NCBI GenBank assembly: GCA_027494035.1 | Contig: JAOSJQ010000001.1 | Location: 1,609,675-1,673,674, forward strand | Length of the DNA: 64,000 bases | Origin: Anaerolineales bacterium | Lineage (GTDB): Bacteria > Chloroflexota > Anaerolineae > Anaerolineales > UBA4823 | Direction of reading: 5' to 3' | Part shown: positions 37,118 to 48,240 of the stretch, one piece after another | Layout: each line of letters begins with the position of its first letter | How positions within the stretch are numbered: position 1 is the first letter of the stretch | Notes under the pieces: model-generated | Databases searched by the model: none | The model's input: only the letters and a program-made list of their open reading frames with translations | Told to the model about the DNA's origin: nothing | Program-made: the position numbers and the translations under genes

Positions 37118-38293
37118 TTGATGATGAAAGATTCGCGCCAACTCCGCCGGGCGATTGAAATCGAGGCGCGCCGGCTTGGGTTCGAACTGTTCGGGGTGAC
37201 CACCGCGGAACCGCCGGCGCATTTTGGTGTATTCCAGCGTTGGGTCGCGCAGGGTTTGCACGGGCAGATGGGCTACCTGGCAAGCGAGCGTTCGTTTGAA
37301 CGCCGCAGCGACCCGCGGCGCATCCTGCCCGAGTGCCGTTCGATCCTGGCGCTCGGAATACGCTACCCGGCGCCGCTGTCAGGACGAACTCCGCCGCCTA
37401 ACGCGGCGTCGAGTGGTCGAGTATCTGCGTATGCCTGGGGCGACGACTATCACGACGTGTTGGCTGAACGGCTGGCAGCCCTGGCGGATTTTATCGAACG
37501 GCAGGTCGGGGAGCCCGTGCCAAACCGCTGGTACACTGATAGCGGTCCGCTGCTGGAGCGCGAGCTGGCGCAGCGAGCAGGACTGGGCTGGATCGGCAAA
37601 AATAGCTGTCTCATCAACCCGGCGCACGGTTCATATTTTTTACTGGCGGAGATGCTGCTTGGGCTGGAACTGGAGCCAGATCGGGTGTTAATCACCGACT
37701 ACTGCGGAACCTGCACGCGCTGCCTGGAAGCCTGTCCGACTGCGTGTATCCTGCCCGACCGCACGATCGACGCCCGGCGCTGCATCTCGTATCTGACCAT
37801 CGAACTCAAGGGCGCGGTGGAGGCTGAACTGCGCCCGCAGTTGGGCGAATGGGTGTTCGGCTGTGATATCTGCCAGCAGGTGTGCCCGTGGAACGTGCGT
37901 TTTGCCCGTCCGCAGGGCGACCCGGCGTTTGACCCGCGGCCCGGCGTACCCGAACCCGAACTGCAGCAGGAACTGGCGCTGCAGCCCGAAGCCTTTAGCC
38001 GCAAATTCAAACGCAACCCGGTCAAGCGGGCGCGCCGGGCTGGTTATCTCCGGAACGTGGCGCTGGCGCTGGGGAACCAACCCGACCCTCGATCCGTCCC
38101 AGTCCTGAAAAGTGCGCTGCTCAGCGAGCCAGAGCCGCTCGTGCGGCAGCACGCCGCCTGGGCGCTCGGAAGGATCGCTGACGCGGAGGCGCGCGCTGCC
38201 CTCAAGGAAGCGCGGTCGAACGAGGCAGATCCAGCGGTATTGGACGAGATCCGCGCCGCGCTGGGACGGTCTGGGGCAGCGCCCGAAGCTTAA
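37118..38293 (+). CDS. queG: Epoxyqueuosine reductase
   Basis: GYLASERSFERRSDPR, ferredoxin motifs CGTCTRCLEACPT and CDICQQVCPWN, and a C-terminal HEAT-like repeat. Confidence 0.85.
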   Translation: MMMKDSRQLRRAIEIEARRLGFELFGVTTAEPPAHFGVFQRWVAQGLHGQMGYLASERSFERRSDPRRILPECRSILALGIRYPAPLSGRTPPPNAASSGRVSAYAWGDDYHDVLAERLAALADFIERQVGEPVPNRWYTDSGPLLERELAQRAGLGWIGKNSCLINPAHGSYFLLAEMLLGLELEPDRVLITDYCGTCTRCLEACPTACILPDRTIDARRCISYLTIELKGAVEAELRPQLGEWVFGCDICQQVCPWNVRFARPQGDPAFDPRPGVPEPELQQELALQPEAFSRKFKRNPVKRARRAGYLRNVALALGNQPDPRSVPVLKSALLSEPEPLVRQHAAWALGRIADAEARAALKEARSNEADPAVLDEIRAALGRSGAAPEA

Positions 38294-38328
38294 ATTCTTC
38301 ACATCTGGCGATGTTATAATCCTCGAAC

Positions 38329-39641
38329 ATGCGCAAGCGGAGCATTTTTATCGTTATCGGCAGCCTGGGATTGCTGAGCATGGTTTGCCTGGCAGGAGCG
38401 GCTGCAACGCAGATTCCACAAGTCAACGAGCGCCTGGTTTGGCGGCTTGAAAGTCTGGCAGCCGCGGCGCGCCGGAGGATCAACCCACCCCAACAGGTGG
38501 TCTTTGTGCCGGTGGAGGTTTCAACCCCTGACGCAACGGTTGAGTCTGCGCCGCCCCGGCAGTCACAACGATCGTTCAACTGACTGATACGCCCAACCCC
38601 GCGCCGCCGCAAGAAACAGCCACACCTTCGCCCACACCCACGCCGTCGGCAACGCCCCTGCCCGAGCGCGTCGTCCTGGAGGGGGTTGTGCATGAATATC
38701 AGCAGTTCAACAACTGCGGACCGGCGAACCTGGCGATGACGCTTTCCTTCTGGGGCTGGCGCGGCGATCAGCGCGATACGCGCAGCTTTCTGCGCCCCAA
38801 CCTCAAGGTGGATGATAAAAACGTCAACCCTTCCGAAATGGTGGAATTTGTCGAAAGATTTGCGGGAATGCGGGCTTTTGTGCGCTACGGCGGAGACCTG
38901 GATCTGCTGCGGCGTCTGGTCGCAGCCGGGTTTCCGGTGCTGATCGAGGCGGGGCATCATCCTCCTGACGATTGGTGGATGGGACATTACCTGGTTGTGA
39001 GCGGTTATGACGACCAACAGCAGAAGCTCATCGTGCAGGACTCGCTCGTGAGCCCCGACCTATCGATGGGCTACGCTGATCTGGCTGAGGGATGGTGGCG
39101 CGATTTTAATTATGTGCTGATCGTAATCGCTCCACCGGAGCGCAACGCGGAAGCGCTGGAACTGATGGGACCGTTCGCCGATCCGCAGCAGAGCTTTCAG
39201 ATCGCGGCGCTGAAAGCCAGCCAGGAGATCCCCGAACTGACCGGGCGCGCCCAGTTTTTCGCCTGGTTCAATCTGAGCTCCAGCCGGGTCGGCTTGGGTG
39301 ACTACAGCGGGGCGGCGCAGGCTTACGACCAGGCGTTCGCGGTCTATCCAACCCTTCCGGAGGCGATGCGCCCCTATCGGTTGATGTGGTATGTAGCCGG
39401 ACCCTATGAAGCCTATTATTACACCGGCAGATACGAAGACGTGGTTCAACTGGCAAACACGACCTTTGCCTGGGTGGGGCAGCCAGTGTTGGAAGAAAGC
39501 TATTACTGGCGCGGGATGGCAAACCTGGCGCTGGGGAAACAAAGCCTGGCGATTGCCGATTTTCGCAAAGCAGTTGGACTGAACCCGAACTATGCGCCCC
39601 CGCGCGACGAATTGTTGCGACTCGGCGAGGCGCTGCCCTGA
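38329..39641 (+). CDS. Membrane-anchored C39-like (papain-fold) peptidase + TPR-like domain, paralogue 1; frameshift at a C4 run
   Basis: ORFs 38329..38583 and 38688..39641 join if one C is added at 38554-38557 (...VESAPP|PAVTTIVQLTDTPNP...). Catalytic-type motifs QQFNNCGPANLAM and WMGHYLVVSGYD. Confidence 0.7.
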
Positions 39642-39654
39642 TTGAAATATTGAA

Positions 39655-40992
39655 ATGATGAAATCACACGCGCGCAGACGTTTACTCTCGATTTTCCTGA
39701 TCCTGCCAGCCTGTCTGTTGCTGGTTGGGCTGTACTTCCTGCCGCCGATCCATTCCCGGCTGGCTTGGAGGATGGAGGAGGCGTCGCTCAGGATCGGCTA
39801 TCTGCTCAACCCGCCGGCGCACGCGGTCTTTGTGCCGACCGAGCGCGGGCTGGCGCCGCCGCAGGTGACGGTGATCTCGCAGAGCAGCCCGACCAGCCCA
39901 GCCAACTCACCCAGCTCACCCAGCCCCGCGCCGACTCAGGTCGGTCCGACCGAGACGCCGGCTCCGACGCCCAGCCCGACCCTCACCCCGGCGCCGCTGC
40001 CCGAGAAGGTCGCTCTGAGCGGGGTGGTTTACCAGAACCAGCACGGGCGTTACAATTATTGCGCCCCAGCCAACCTGGCGATGGCGCTTTCCTTCTGGGG
40101 TTGGAAGGGCGACCAGGACGTAGTGGGACCGCAGATCAAGCCGGACCCTAAAGACAAGAATGTGATGCCCTACGAAATGGTGGATTATATCGAGAGCCAG
40201 ACCGGTCTGCAGGCGGCGCTGCGGGTTGGCGGCGACCTGGATCTGCTGCGGCGCTTTGTCGCAGCCGGTTTCCCGGTGCTGATCGAGAAAGGCACTTACC
40301 TGCGCGATCTGACCGGAGTGGTAAGCTGGATGGGACATTACCAGGTGGTGACGGGGTATGATCAGCCGGGCGGTTTTTTCATCACCCAGGATTCGTTCGT
40401 CGGCGCCGATTTTCAGATAAGCGAAGCAGACCTCCTCAAGGGGTGGCGGGCGTTCAATTATGCCTATATCATTGTTTATCCGCCGGAGAAAGAAACGCAG
40501 GTGATGGAACTGCTCGGTTCGAATGCGGACGAGACGCAGAACTATCAGAACGCCGCGCTGATGGCTTCGAATGAGATCTACGGCTTGGCTGGGAGCGACC
40601 AGTATTTCGCCTGGTTCAACCGCGGCTCCAGCCTGGCGGCGCTGCAAGATTACGGCGGCGCGGCTGAAGCTTTCGACGAATCGTTCAAAGTCTATCAGAG
40701 CCTAGCAGAGAACGACCGCCCCTGGCGGATGTTGTGGTATCAGACCGATCCCTATTTCGCCTATTACGGCGTGGGGCGCTACTACGACCTGCTCTACCTG
40801 GCGGATGGAACGTTGAACGCTATGCAGGGAGACCCGAACCTGGAGGAAAGCTATTACTGGCGCGGCATGGCAAAATCCGCGCTGGGAGATCCGGCTGGAG
40901 CGATAGAAGATTTCCGCGCCAGTCTGCGCTATCATGCTGGCTTTCAGCCCGCGCTGTACCAGCTCAAACTGCTTGGGGTAGAAAACCCCTGA
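39655..40992 (+). CDS. Membrane-anchored C39-like peptidase + TPR-like domain, paralogue 2
   Basis: TM anchor, P/S/T-rich linker, YNYCAPANLAM, WMGHYQVVTGYD, and a C-terminal EESYYWRGMA...A..DF TPR-like tail. Confidence 0.75.
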   Translation: MMKSHARRRLLSIFLILPACLLLVGLYFLPPIHSRLAWRMEEASLRIGYLLNPPAHAVFVPTERGLAPPQVTVISQSSPTSPANSPSSPSPAPTQVGPTETPAPTPSPTLTPAPLPEKVALSGVVYQNQHGRYNYCAPANLAMALSFWGWKGDQDVVGPQIKPDPKDKNVMPYEMVDYIESQTGLQAALRVGGDLDLLRRFVAAGFPVLIEKGTYLRDLTGVVSWMGHYQVVTGYDQPGGFFITQDSFVGADFQISEADLLKGWRAFNYAYIIVYPPEKETQVMELLGSNADETQNYQNAALMASNEIYGLAGSDQYFAWFNRGSSLAALQDYGGAAEAFDESFKVYQSLAENDRPWRMLWYQTDPYFAYYGVGRYYDLLYLADGTLNAMQGDPNLEESYYWRGMAKSALGDPAGAIEDFRASLRYHAGFQPALYQLKLLGVENP

Positions 40993-41002
40993 GTCAAAAA
41001 AC

Positions 41003-42289
41003 ATGCGTAGATCTGTCCAAACGTTGCTGACGATCTTAATCGTGCTGGCTATCTGGGCGGGGATCCTGTGGATGCTCTCTTCGCCCAGTCCAAACTGGCG
41101 TCTGTCCGCGCTGACGGGTCGCATCAAATACGCCTTGAACCCGCCGGAGCAGGCGGTCTTCGTCCCGGCCTCGCAAGCCACGGAGGTCGCGCCTGCCGTG
41201 ACTAGAGCCGCGCTTAGTCCAACCGCCACCATCCGCCTGGCTACCCCCACTCTCGAACCGACCGTTCCAGCGGCGACCGCCACCACGACGCTGACCCCGA
41301 CGCCCATGCCAGCCCGAGCCAGCCTGAGCGGGGTGACGCACATGTATCAAATGTGGAACAACTGCGGTCCGGCAAACCTGGCGATGGCGCTCAGTTTCTG
41401 GGGCTGGCAGGGAGACCAACGAACGACGGCAGCCTTCCTGAAGCCCAATGAGCGCGACAGAAACGTTATGCCCTATGAAATGGAAACTTTCGTCGAACAA
41501 GAAGCCGGGCTGGAGGCGTTTACCCGCACCGGCGGCGACTTGACGATGATCAAAGCGTTCGTTTCAGCCGGTTATCCGGTCATCGTGGAAAAAGGCTTCG
41601 AAGGCGTAGGGTTCGATGGGTGGATGGGTCACTATCAGGTGGTGACGGGCTACGACGATGCAACGAATCGTTTCACGGTCCAGGATTCGTACAAAGGTCC
41701 AGACTACCCGGTCAAATACGAGGACTTCCTACGTGACTGGCGGGCATTCGACTACACTTATCTGGTCATCTACCCGCCGGAGCGGCATCAGCAAATCTTG
41801 GATATCCTGGGGCTGCATGCCTATGACAATTTCAATAATCGCTTTGCGCTGCTGAAAACTGAGGAAGAGCTGCCAAACCTCTCTGGCAGGGATCGCTTTT
41901 TTGCGCTGTTCAACCAGGGCACCGACCTGGTGGCTTCCCAGGAATATTCCCAGGCGGCTGCGGCTTACGACGCGGCGTTTGCGGCTTACGCCGAACTCCC
42001 TGAAAACGCCCGACCGTGGAGGATGCTCTGGTATCAGACCGGGCCGTATTTTGCGTACTATTTCACTGGACGTTACATAGATGTGATCACTCTAGCCACC
42101 CAGACGCTCGAAGCATCCAGCGAGCAAGTGCTGGAAGAGAGCTTTTACTGGAGGGCGCGCGCCCTCCTGGCAAGCGGCGACGAAGCTTCCGCTATCGAGG
42201 ACCTGCAAGCCTGCCTGGAAGCGCATCCAGGCTTCGAGCCGTGCGAGGAGGAGCTGTTTAAGCTGGGGATCGAACCGGTTCCCAATTAG
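41003..42289 (+). CDS. Membrane-anchored C39-like peptidase + TPR-like domain, paralogue 3
   Basis: Same architecture: MWNNCGPANLAM, WMGHYQVVTGYD, EESFYWRARA. Confidence 0.75.
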   Translation: MRRSVQTLLTILIVLAIWAGILWMLSSPSPNWRLSALTGRIKYALNPPEQAVFVPASQATEVAPAVTRAALSPTATIRLATPTLEPTVPAATATTTLTPTPMPARASLSGVTHMYQMWNNCGPANLAMALSFWGWQGDQRTTAAFLKPNERDRNVMPYEMETFVEQEAGLEAFTRTGGDLTMIKAFVSAGYPVIVEKGFEGVGFDGWMGHYQVVTGYDDATNRFTVQDSYKGPDYPVKYEDFLRDWRAFDYTYLVIYPPERHQQILDILGLHAYDNFNNRFALLKTEEELPNLSGRDRFFALFNQGTDLVASQEYSQAAAAYDAAFAAYAELPENARPWRMLWYQTGPYFAYYFTGRYIDVITLATQTLEASSEQVLEESFYWRARALLASGDEASAIEDLQACLEAHPGFEPCEEELFKLGIEPVPN

Positions 42290-42332
42290 AGCAGCCGTGG
42301 ATAACGGTCAAGTAGAACGCCGGAGCGCGAGA

Positions 42333-43604
42333 ATGCTAAAAATCCTACATTTTTCCGATGCACATATCGACATGGCGAACTACGGTCGGCACGACCCGCA
42401 GTCTGGGCTGCCGCTGCGGGTGATAGATTTTCTGAAATCGCTGGATGAGATCGTGGACGCGGCGATCACCGAACAGGTCGATCTGGTGATCTTCGCCGGG
42501 GATGCCTACAAAGACCGCACGCCGCCGCCGACCTTCCAGCGCGAATGGGGGCGGCGCATGATGCGGCTGGCGCGTGCCAATATCCCGACGCTGCTGCTGG
42601 TCGGCAACCACGACCTCTCGCCGGCGTTGGGGCGCGCCCATGCCCTGGAAAGCTTCGACACGCTGGAAGTGCCCTACGTGCGCGTGCTCGATAAGCCGAT
42701 CTTGCTGCACCCAGCAGACCTGTACGACCTGCCGCTGCAAGTGATCGCCCTGCCGTGGGTGTCGCGCTCCGGCATCATTGCGGCGCTCGGCGAAGACAGC
42801 GCCGACCCCGGACGAGCCTACGAAAAACTGACCGAACGGCTGATCGAGCTGGTAGAGATGTGGCTGGAAAAACAAGTCGACCCGGCGCTGCCAGTGATCC
42901 TGACCGCCCACTGTTCGGTGCAGGGCGCCACTTATGGCGGGGAACGCTCGGTGATGCTGGGCAACGACCTGGTGCTGCCCGGTTCGCTAGTCAAAGATCC
43001 GCGGCTGGATTACGTGGCGCTGGGGCACATCCACAAGCCGCAAGACCTCAACCCCGGCAAACACCCTCCCGTGATCTATTCGGGTTCGATCGAACGGGTG
43101 GATTTCGGCGAAGCGCAGGACAAGAAATTTTACATCATCGCTGAGGTGGAACGCGGCAACACCCGCGTGGAGTGGCGGCAACTGAAAGGTCTGCGCCCCT
43201 TTTTCGACCGGCAGGTGAAGCTCGAAAACCTCGCGGGCGTTACCGACCAACTTCGGCGGGCGCTGCCCGCGCCCGAGCAGATGTTTGGAGCGATTGTGCG
43301 GCTTGTGATAGAATATTCGCGCGATTGGGAAGCTTCGATCGACGAAGCAGCCCTGCGCGAATACTGTGCGGAGGCTTTTGAGTTTCACCTGGTCAAACGA
43401 CCCCAGATGGAAACGCGCATCCGGCTGCCGGGCGACCAGGCGATTGGCAGTCTGAGCGCGCTGGAATTGCTCGACCTGTATTGGCGGGCTAATCATCTGG
43501 CGGCGCATGAGCGGGAGGAACTGAGCGACCTAGCCAGCCAGGTGATTGGCGAAGCCCGCGGCGATCCACCCGACCCGAAGTCAGCGGAAAACGAAAAACG
43601 ATAA
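42333..43604 (+). CDS. sbcD: SbcD/Mre11-family metallophosphoesterase nuclease
   Basis: MLKILHFSDAHID...LVIFAGDAYKD...LLVGNHD...ALGHIH. No sbcC partner is adjacent. Confidence 0.7.
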   Translation: MLKILHFSDAHIDMANYGRHDPQSGLPLRVIDFLKSLDEIVDAAITEQVDLVIFAGDAYKDRTPPPTFQREWGRRMMRLARANIPTLLLVGNHDLSPALGRAHALESFDTLEVPYVRVLDKPILLHPADLYDLPLQVIALPWVSRSGIIAALGEDSADPGRAYEKLTERLIELVEMWLEKQVDPALPVILTAHCSVQGATYGGERSVMLGNDLVLPGSLVKDPRLDYVALGHIHKPQDLNPGKHPPVIYSGSIERVDFGEAQDKKFYIIAEVERGNTRVEWRQLKGLRPFFDRQVKLENLAGVTDQLRRALPAPEQMFGAIVRLVIEYSRDWEASIDEAALREYCAEAFEFHLVKRPQMETRIRLPGDQAIGSLSALELLDLYWRANHLAAHEREELSDLASQVIGEARGDPPDPKSAENEKR

Positions 43605-43619
43605 GCTAAGGAGGCGCAA

Positions 43620-44289
43620 ATGTTCGTTCGTTCATATATGACAGCTGACCCGATTTGCATCTCACCGGATGACAATTTCCATCAGGCTATGCATGCGCTG
43701 CGCAAGCATAAGATCCGCCACCTGCCTGTGCTCGAGCGGGGACCGTCTGGTTGGTATTGTCGTGGAAAGCGACCTGCTTTCCAACCAGCCCTCGCCCGCC
43801 ACCACGTTGAGCCTGTTTGAAATTTATTCGCTGCTGGAATCCTTGCGGGTCCGCCAGATCATGAGCCGCCCGGTGTATACGGTCGAGGGCGACTGTCCGC
43901 TCGAGGGAGCGGCGTGCATCATGGTGAACCAAAAAATTTCATGCCTGCCCGTGATGGATGGTGAAAAACTGATTGGGATCATCACCGAAACGGACATTTT
44001 CCGCGCATTTGTGGAGATATTGGGCGGCGATGAAGAAGGAATGCGCTTTACGCTGCGCGTACCCGACCGGGTGGGCGAACTGGCGCTGATCGCCAACCGC
44101 ATCGCCGAGGCGGGCGGGAACATCCTGGCGATTACGACCTCCAAAGTGCACGAGGACGGCTACGGCAAGGTAATGATCAAAGAAACCGGTTCGAATAAGG
44201 AAGCGCTGCTGCAACTGGAGCAAGGCACCGGGGTGGAAATCCTGGACGTTCGCCCTACGAGCCGGTACGAGCCGCGCCTGTTCGGCTAG
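43620..44289 (+). CDS. CBS-pair + ACT-like domain protein; frameshift at a G4 run
   Basis: ORFs 43620..43820 and 43669..44289 join if one G is dropped at 43738-43741 (...KIRHLPVLER|DRLVGIVVESDLL...). Confidence 0.7.
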
Positions 44290-44294
44290 TTCTC

Positions 44295-46434
44295 ATGATC
44301 CATTTTTCGGCGCAGGCACGCCGCCGGGCTTATTTGCTGGCATTGCTGGTCGTCAGCGGGCTGCTGGCGCTGATCACTGTGCTTACCCCTCTTTATAGAA
44401 GCTCGCTCACGCCTGTGCCGCGCGAGGGTGAGATTGCCGCGCGCGATTTCCGCGCCCCGCGGACAATCACCTTTATCAGCGAGGTGATGACCAATCAGCG
44501 CAAAGAGGCGGCGGAGCGCAGCATCTCCCCGATCTACACCTCGCCAGACACGCGCGTGGCGCGCCGCCAGCTCGAGCAGCTCCGCGCTGCGCTGGCTTAC
44601 ATTTCCAGCGTGCGTTCCGACCCGTTCGCCTCGCTAGATCAGAAGATGGGCGATCTGGCAGCCCTGGATGACATCAGCCTGAAGAGCGAGACAGCCGAGG
44701 CGATTCTGAGAATGGCGGACGCCTACTGGCAGGAAGTTCAGCAGGAAGCGATTGTAGTATTGGAACGGGTGATGAGCAGCGCCATTCGCCCGGAGACCCT
44801 GGACAATGCGCGCAGCCAGGTCCCCGCGCTGGTAACCTTATCGCTCACCGAGGAGCAAGCCGCAGTCGTCGCTGAGTTGGCAGCCGCTTTTGTGGCGCCA
44901 AACAGCGAATATTCCGAAAGCCTGACCCAGGCTGCGCGTGAACAAGCCAGCCAGGCGGTTGAACCCGTCTCGCGCTCATTTGTGGCGGGTCAGACGATTG
45001 CCCTGCAGGGCGAGGTGCTGGGGGCGGATGATATCGAAGCGTTGCAGCAACTCGGCTTGAGCGAGTCCCGAACGTGATCTGGAAGACGTCATCAGCGCGG
45101 TCGGTCTGACGCTGCTGCTCTTGTTCTTCATGGTAATCTATCTGCGGCGCAAACCAGCGTTTCTTTCGATGGAAGTGCGCAGCTTCGCCGTGCTGGCAGC
45201 CTTGATGCTGGTCTTTCTTGTCGCCGGGCGGTCGATTCTGCCGTTCAACGGACCGGCAGGGTATGCATTCCCCCTGGCGTCGTGCAGCCTGGCGATCGCG
45301 GCGCTGTTCGGGACAGAACTGGGACTGATTACCTCAATCCCGCTGGCGATTCTGGTGGCTTTTGGGCTGCCAAATGCGCAAGAAATGACCTTCTTCTTCC
45401 TGATCGGCAGCTTGTTTGGCGTGCTCGCGCTGGGGCGCGCTCGGCGGGTGATCCGTTTCTTGTGGGCTGGGGCGGCGATCGCGGTTGCCGGAACGATCGT
45501 GGTGATCGTTTACCAGTTGCCGCTGCCAACCGTGAGCGTGCAAAACCTGGCGGTGTTTAGTATGGCAGCTTTTTTCAACGGCTTGGTCTCAGCTACCATC
45601 GCGATTCTGCTGCACCTGCTGCTGGCGCCCATGCTGGGGCAAGTCACCCCAATTCAACTGATCGATCTGACCCGCCCGGATCACCCCCTGCTGGGGTTGC
45701 TGCTGCGGGAGGCGCCCGGCACTTACCAGCACAGCTTACAGGTGGCGAACCTGGCTGAACAAGCCGCCGAGCGTATCGGGGTTGATCCGCTGTCGATTCG
45801 AGCCGGGGCGCTTTATCACGATATTGGGAAAACCGTCAACCCGGCTTTCTTTATCGAGAACCAGCCGCCCGGGTTCGAGAACCCGCATAACAGCCTCGAA
45901 CCGGAGGAAAGCGCACGGATCATCATCGCGCACGTTACAGACGGAATTGCGCTGGGGCGCAAATACCGGCTGCCGCGCCGCATCCTCAATTTTGTGACCG
46001 AACATCATGGCACTACCCTGACGCGCTACCAGTACTACAACGCCCTCAAAGCCGCGGGCGATGACGAAAGCCGGGTGGATAAGACGCAGTTCCGTTACCC
46101 CGGTCCACGCCCACAGAGCCGTGAAACGGCGCTGCTCATGCTGGCAGATGCCTGTGAGGCGCGCGTCCGGGCTGATGGTCCGGTCGACGAAGAAAAACTG
46201 CATGAGATCATTAAAGATGTAATTGCCAGCCGGGTCGCCAGCGGTCAACTGGATGACACCCTTATCTCGCTGCGAGACCTGGATGAGATCGCCAACTCAT
46301 TCACGGTGACCCTGCGCGGGATCTATCATCCGCGCATCCATTACCCCAACCAGGAGCTTCCTGCCTCGCACGATGCAATTACCATCCCGCTGGCGCACAA
46401 AAGCGACGCGCCCGCCGACCTAAATCTGCACTGA
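44295..46434 (+). CDS. PgpH-like 7TM receptor with HD (HDc) phosphohydrolase domain; frameshift at a C3 run
   Basis: An N-terminal extracellular-domain ORF (44295..45077) and a 7TM+HD ORF (45121..46434; HSLQVANLAE, LYHDIGK, TEHHGT) join if one C is dropped at 45067-45069 (...LGLSES|ERDLEDVISAVGL...). Confidence 0.72.
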
Positions 46435-46456
46435 AGCTCAAGGAAGGCGCTCTTTT

Positions 46457-46933
46457 ATGATCCATTATCAAGTTGCCGAAGAGCTCCTCGAGAATGTTGA
46501 TCCCGCCTGGCAAGAGGCGCTGCCTCAGGCTGCCGAAGCCGTGCTGGCGGATGTCCACGAAGCGGCGCAAGCCGAAGCGACGCTGGTGTTGACGGATGAC
46601 GAGGAACTGCGCACGCTCGATCTCAATTATTTGGGGATCGATGCCCCTACCGACGTGCTGGCTTTCCCCAGCGGGGAAAAGGACCCCGAAACGGGGAACC
46701 TGTACCTGGGGGATGTGATTATCTCGCTCGAACGCGCCGCGGCGCAAGCGCAGGCGGGGGGTCATCCATTGAAAGCTGAGCTGCAATTGCTGGTCGTGCA
46801 CGGAATGCTGCACTTGTGCGGTTTTGATCACGCCGATCCGCCGGGCAAGCAGCAGATGTGGGAAAAACAGCGGCACATTTTACGCCGTCTGGGCTGTCCG
46901 ATCGAGGGACCGGCGCTCGAGGCTGAAAACTAA
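46457..46933 (+). CDS. ybeY: rRNA maturation endoribonuclease YbeY
   Basis: HGMLHLCGFDH zinc motif. Confidence 0.85.
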   Translation: MIHYQVAEELLENVDPAWQEALPQAAEAVLADVHEAAQAEATLVLTDDEELRTLDLNYLGIDAPTDVLAFPSGEKDPETGNLYLGDVIISLERAAAQAQAGGHPLKAELQLLVVHGMLHLCGFDHADPPGKQQMWEKQRHILRRLGCPIEGPALEAEN

Positions 46934-46953
46934 GGCTTGCCTGAGAGGCTGCG

Positions 46954-47349
46954 ATGATCTCATTTCTCAAGGCGCGCGCCCGGTCGTTCCGCTTTGCGTT
47001 CGCAGGCTGGTGGTTTGTCATCCGGACGCAGCGCAACGCCTGGATCCACCTGACGGTGAGCGTGCTGGTTTTCGCCCTGGGGATCTGGCTGCGGCTGCAG
47101 ACGCGCGACTGGGCGTTGATCATCCTTGCCATCGCCCTGGTGTGGACGTCCGAATTTATCAACACTGCGCTTGAAGTGGTGGTGGATCTGGCAAGTCCGC
47201 AGCAACACCGGCTCGCCCAGGTGGGCAAGGATGTCGGGGCGGCGGCGGTGCTCATCGCCGCGGTCAGTTCGGCGCTGATCGGACTGTTGATTTTGGGTCC
47301 CCCGCTGTGGAAGCGGCTTGGAACAATCCTGATGGAACTCTCGAGATGA
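46954..47349 (+). CDS. dgkA: Diacylglycerol/undecaprenol kinase (DgkA family)
   Basis: 131 aa, 3 TM. NAWIHL...TSEFINTALEVVVD matches DAGK_prokar motifs. The phoH/ybeY/dgkA-type neighbourhood fits. Confidence 0.78.
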   Translation: MISFLKARARSFRFAFAGWWFVIRTQRNAWIHLTVSVLVFALGIWLRLQTRDWALIILAIALVWTSEFINTALEVVVDLASPQQHRLAQVGKDVGAAAVLIAAVSSALIGLLILGPPLWKRLGTILMELSR

Positions 47350-47350
47350 G

Positions 47351-48202
47351 GTGAACATGGCAGATTTAGCGTTTTCATTCGGCACAGTCGGCTCGCCGCT
47401 CTCCACACCCAAAAAACCGGGTGGAAGCGTGGGGGCGATTTTGCGCCTGCGCGAGCTCGGGCTGGACGCTTTGGAGCTTGGCTGGGTGCGGGCGGTTCGG
47501 GTAAGCGGGAGCACCTGCGAGGTGATTCGCGCAACTGCCATGCAGAACGAGGTGCGGATCAGCGTGCACGCGCCATACTTCATCAATCTGAACGCTGACG
47601 ATGATGAGTGGCCAAAATCGCGCCAGCGGTTGATGGATGCCGCCCATTTTGGCAATTTGGCGGGTGCCAGCGACATCATCTTTCATCCCGGATCTTATTT
47701 TGGGCGCCCACCCGAGCAGGTACTGCCACTGGCGATCGAGCGCCTGAGAGGCTGCGTGCGGGAACTGCGTCAGGCTGATAATCCGGTCACGCTGCGCCCC
47801 GAAACGATGGGCAAGTCCGCCATGATCGGTTCGGTGCAGGATTTGCTCAGGATGAGCCAGGAGATCGAGGGGGTCGAGCCGTGCCTGGACTTCGCCCACC
47901 TGCACGCCCGACCTGGAGACGGTTCGATGAACAGCTACGCTGAATGGGTCGGCGTGCTCGAAGAATACCGCGCGGCGCTTGGCGAAGCGGCGCTGCGCCG
48001 GCTGCACATTCACCTTTCGGGGATCGAATACGGGCCCAAGGGGGAAAAAGAGCACCTGCGCGTGGAGGAGGCGGATCTGGACTTCAACGCGCTGTTTCGG
48101 GCGCTCAAAGCGTTTGGCTGCCAGGGTCGCATCCTGTGCGAGAGTCCGATCATGGAAGACGACGCGCTGGTGCTGAAGCGCATATGGGAAGAAGTGAGCT
48201 AA
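47351..48202 (+). CDS. TIM-barrel AP-endonuclease-2 / xylose-isomerase-like fold protein (Nfo-like)
   Basis: ISVHAPYFINL, IIFHPGSY, LRPETMG, HIHLSGIEY: the metal-ligand pattern of the endonuclease IV-like family. Confidence 0.6.
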   Translation: MNMADLAFSFGTVGSPLSTPKKPGGSVGAILRLRELGLDALELGWVRAVRVSGSTCEVIRATAMQNEVRISVHAPYFINLNADDDEWPKSRQRLMDAAHFGNLAGASDIIFHPGSYFGRPPEQVLPLAIERLRGCVRELRQADNPVTLRPETMGKSAMIGSVQDLLRMSQEIEGVEPCLDFAHLHARPGDGSMNSYAEWVGVLEEYRAALGEAALRRLHIHLSGIEYGPKGEKEHLRVEEADLDFNALFRALKAFGCQGRILCESPIMEDDALVLKRIWEEVS

Positions 48203-48240
48203 AAGGACAGCGTTTGCCCGGCGGCGTACGCCTCAGCCAG

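Noticed and set aside
42333-43604. sbcD/mre11-like nuclease without an adjacent sbcC/rad50 ATPase, considered as a possible novel stand-alone system.
   Set aside because: Stand-alone Mre11-type metallophosphoesterases are common, and the partner could be encoded elsewhere. Nothing in the sequence indicates a special arrangement.
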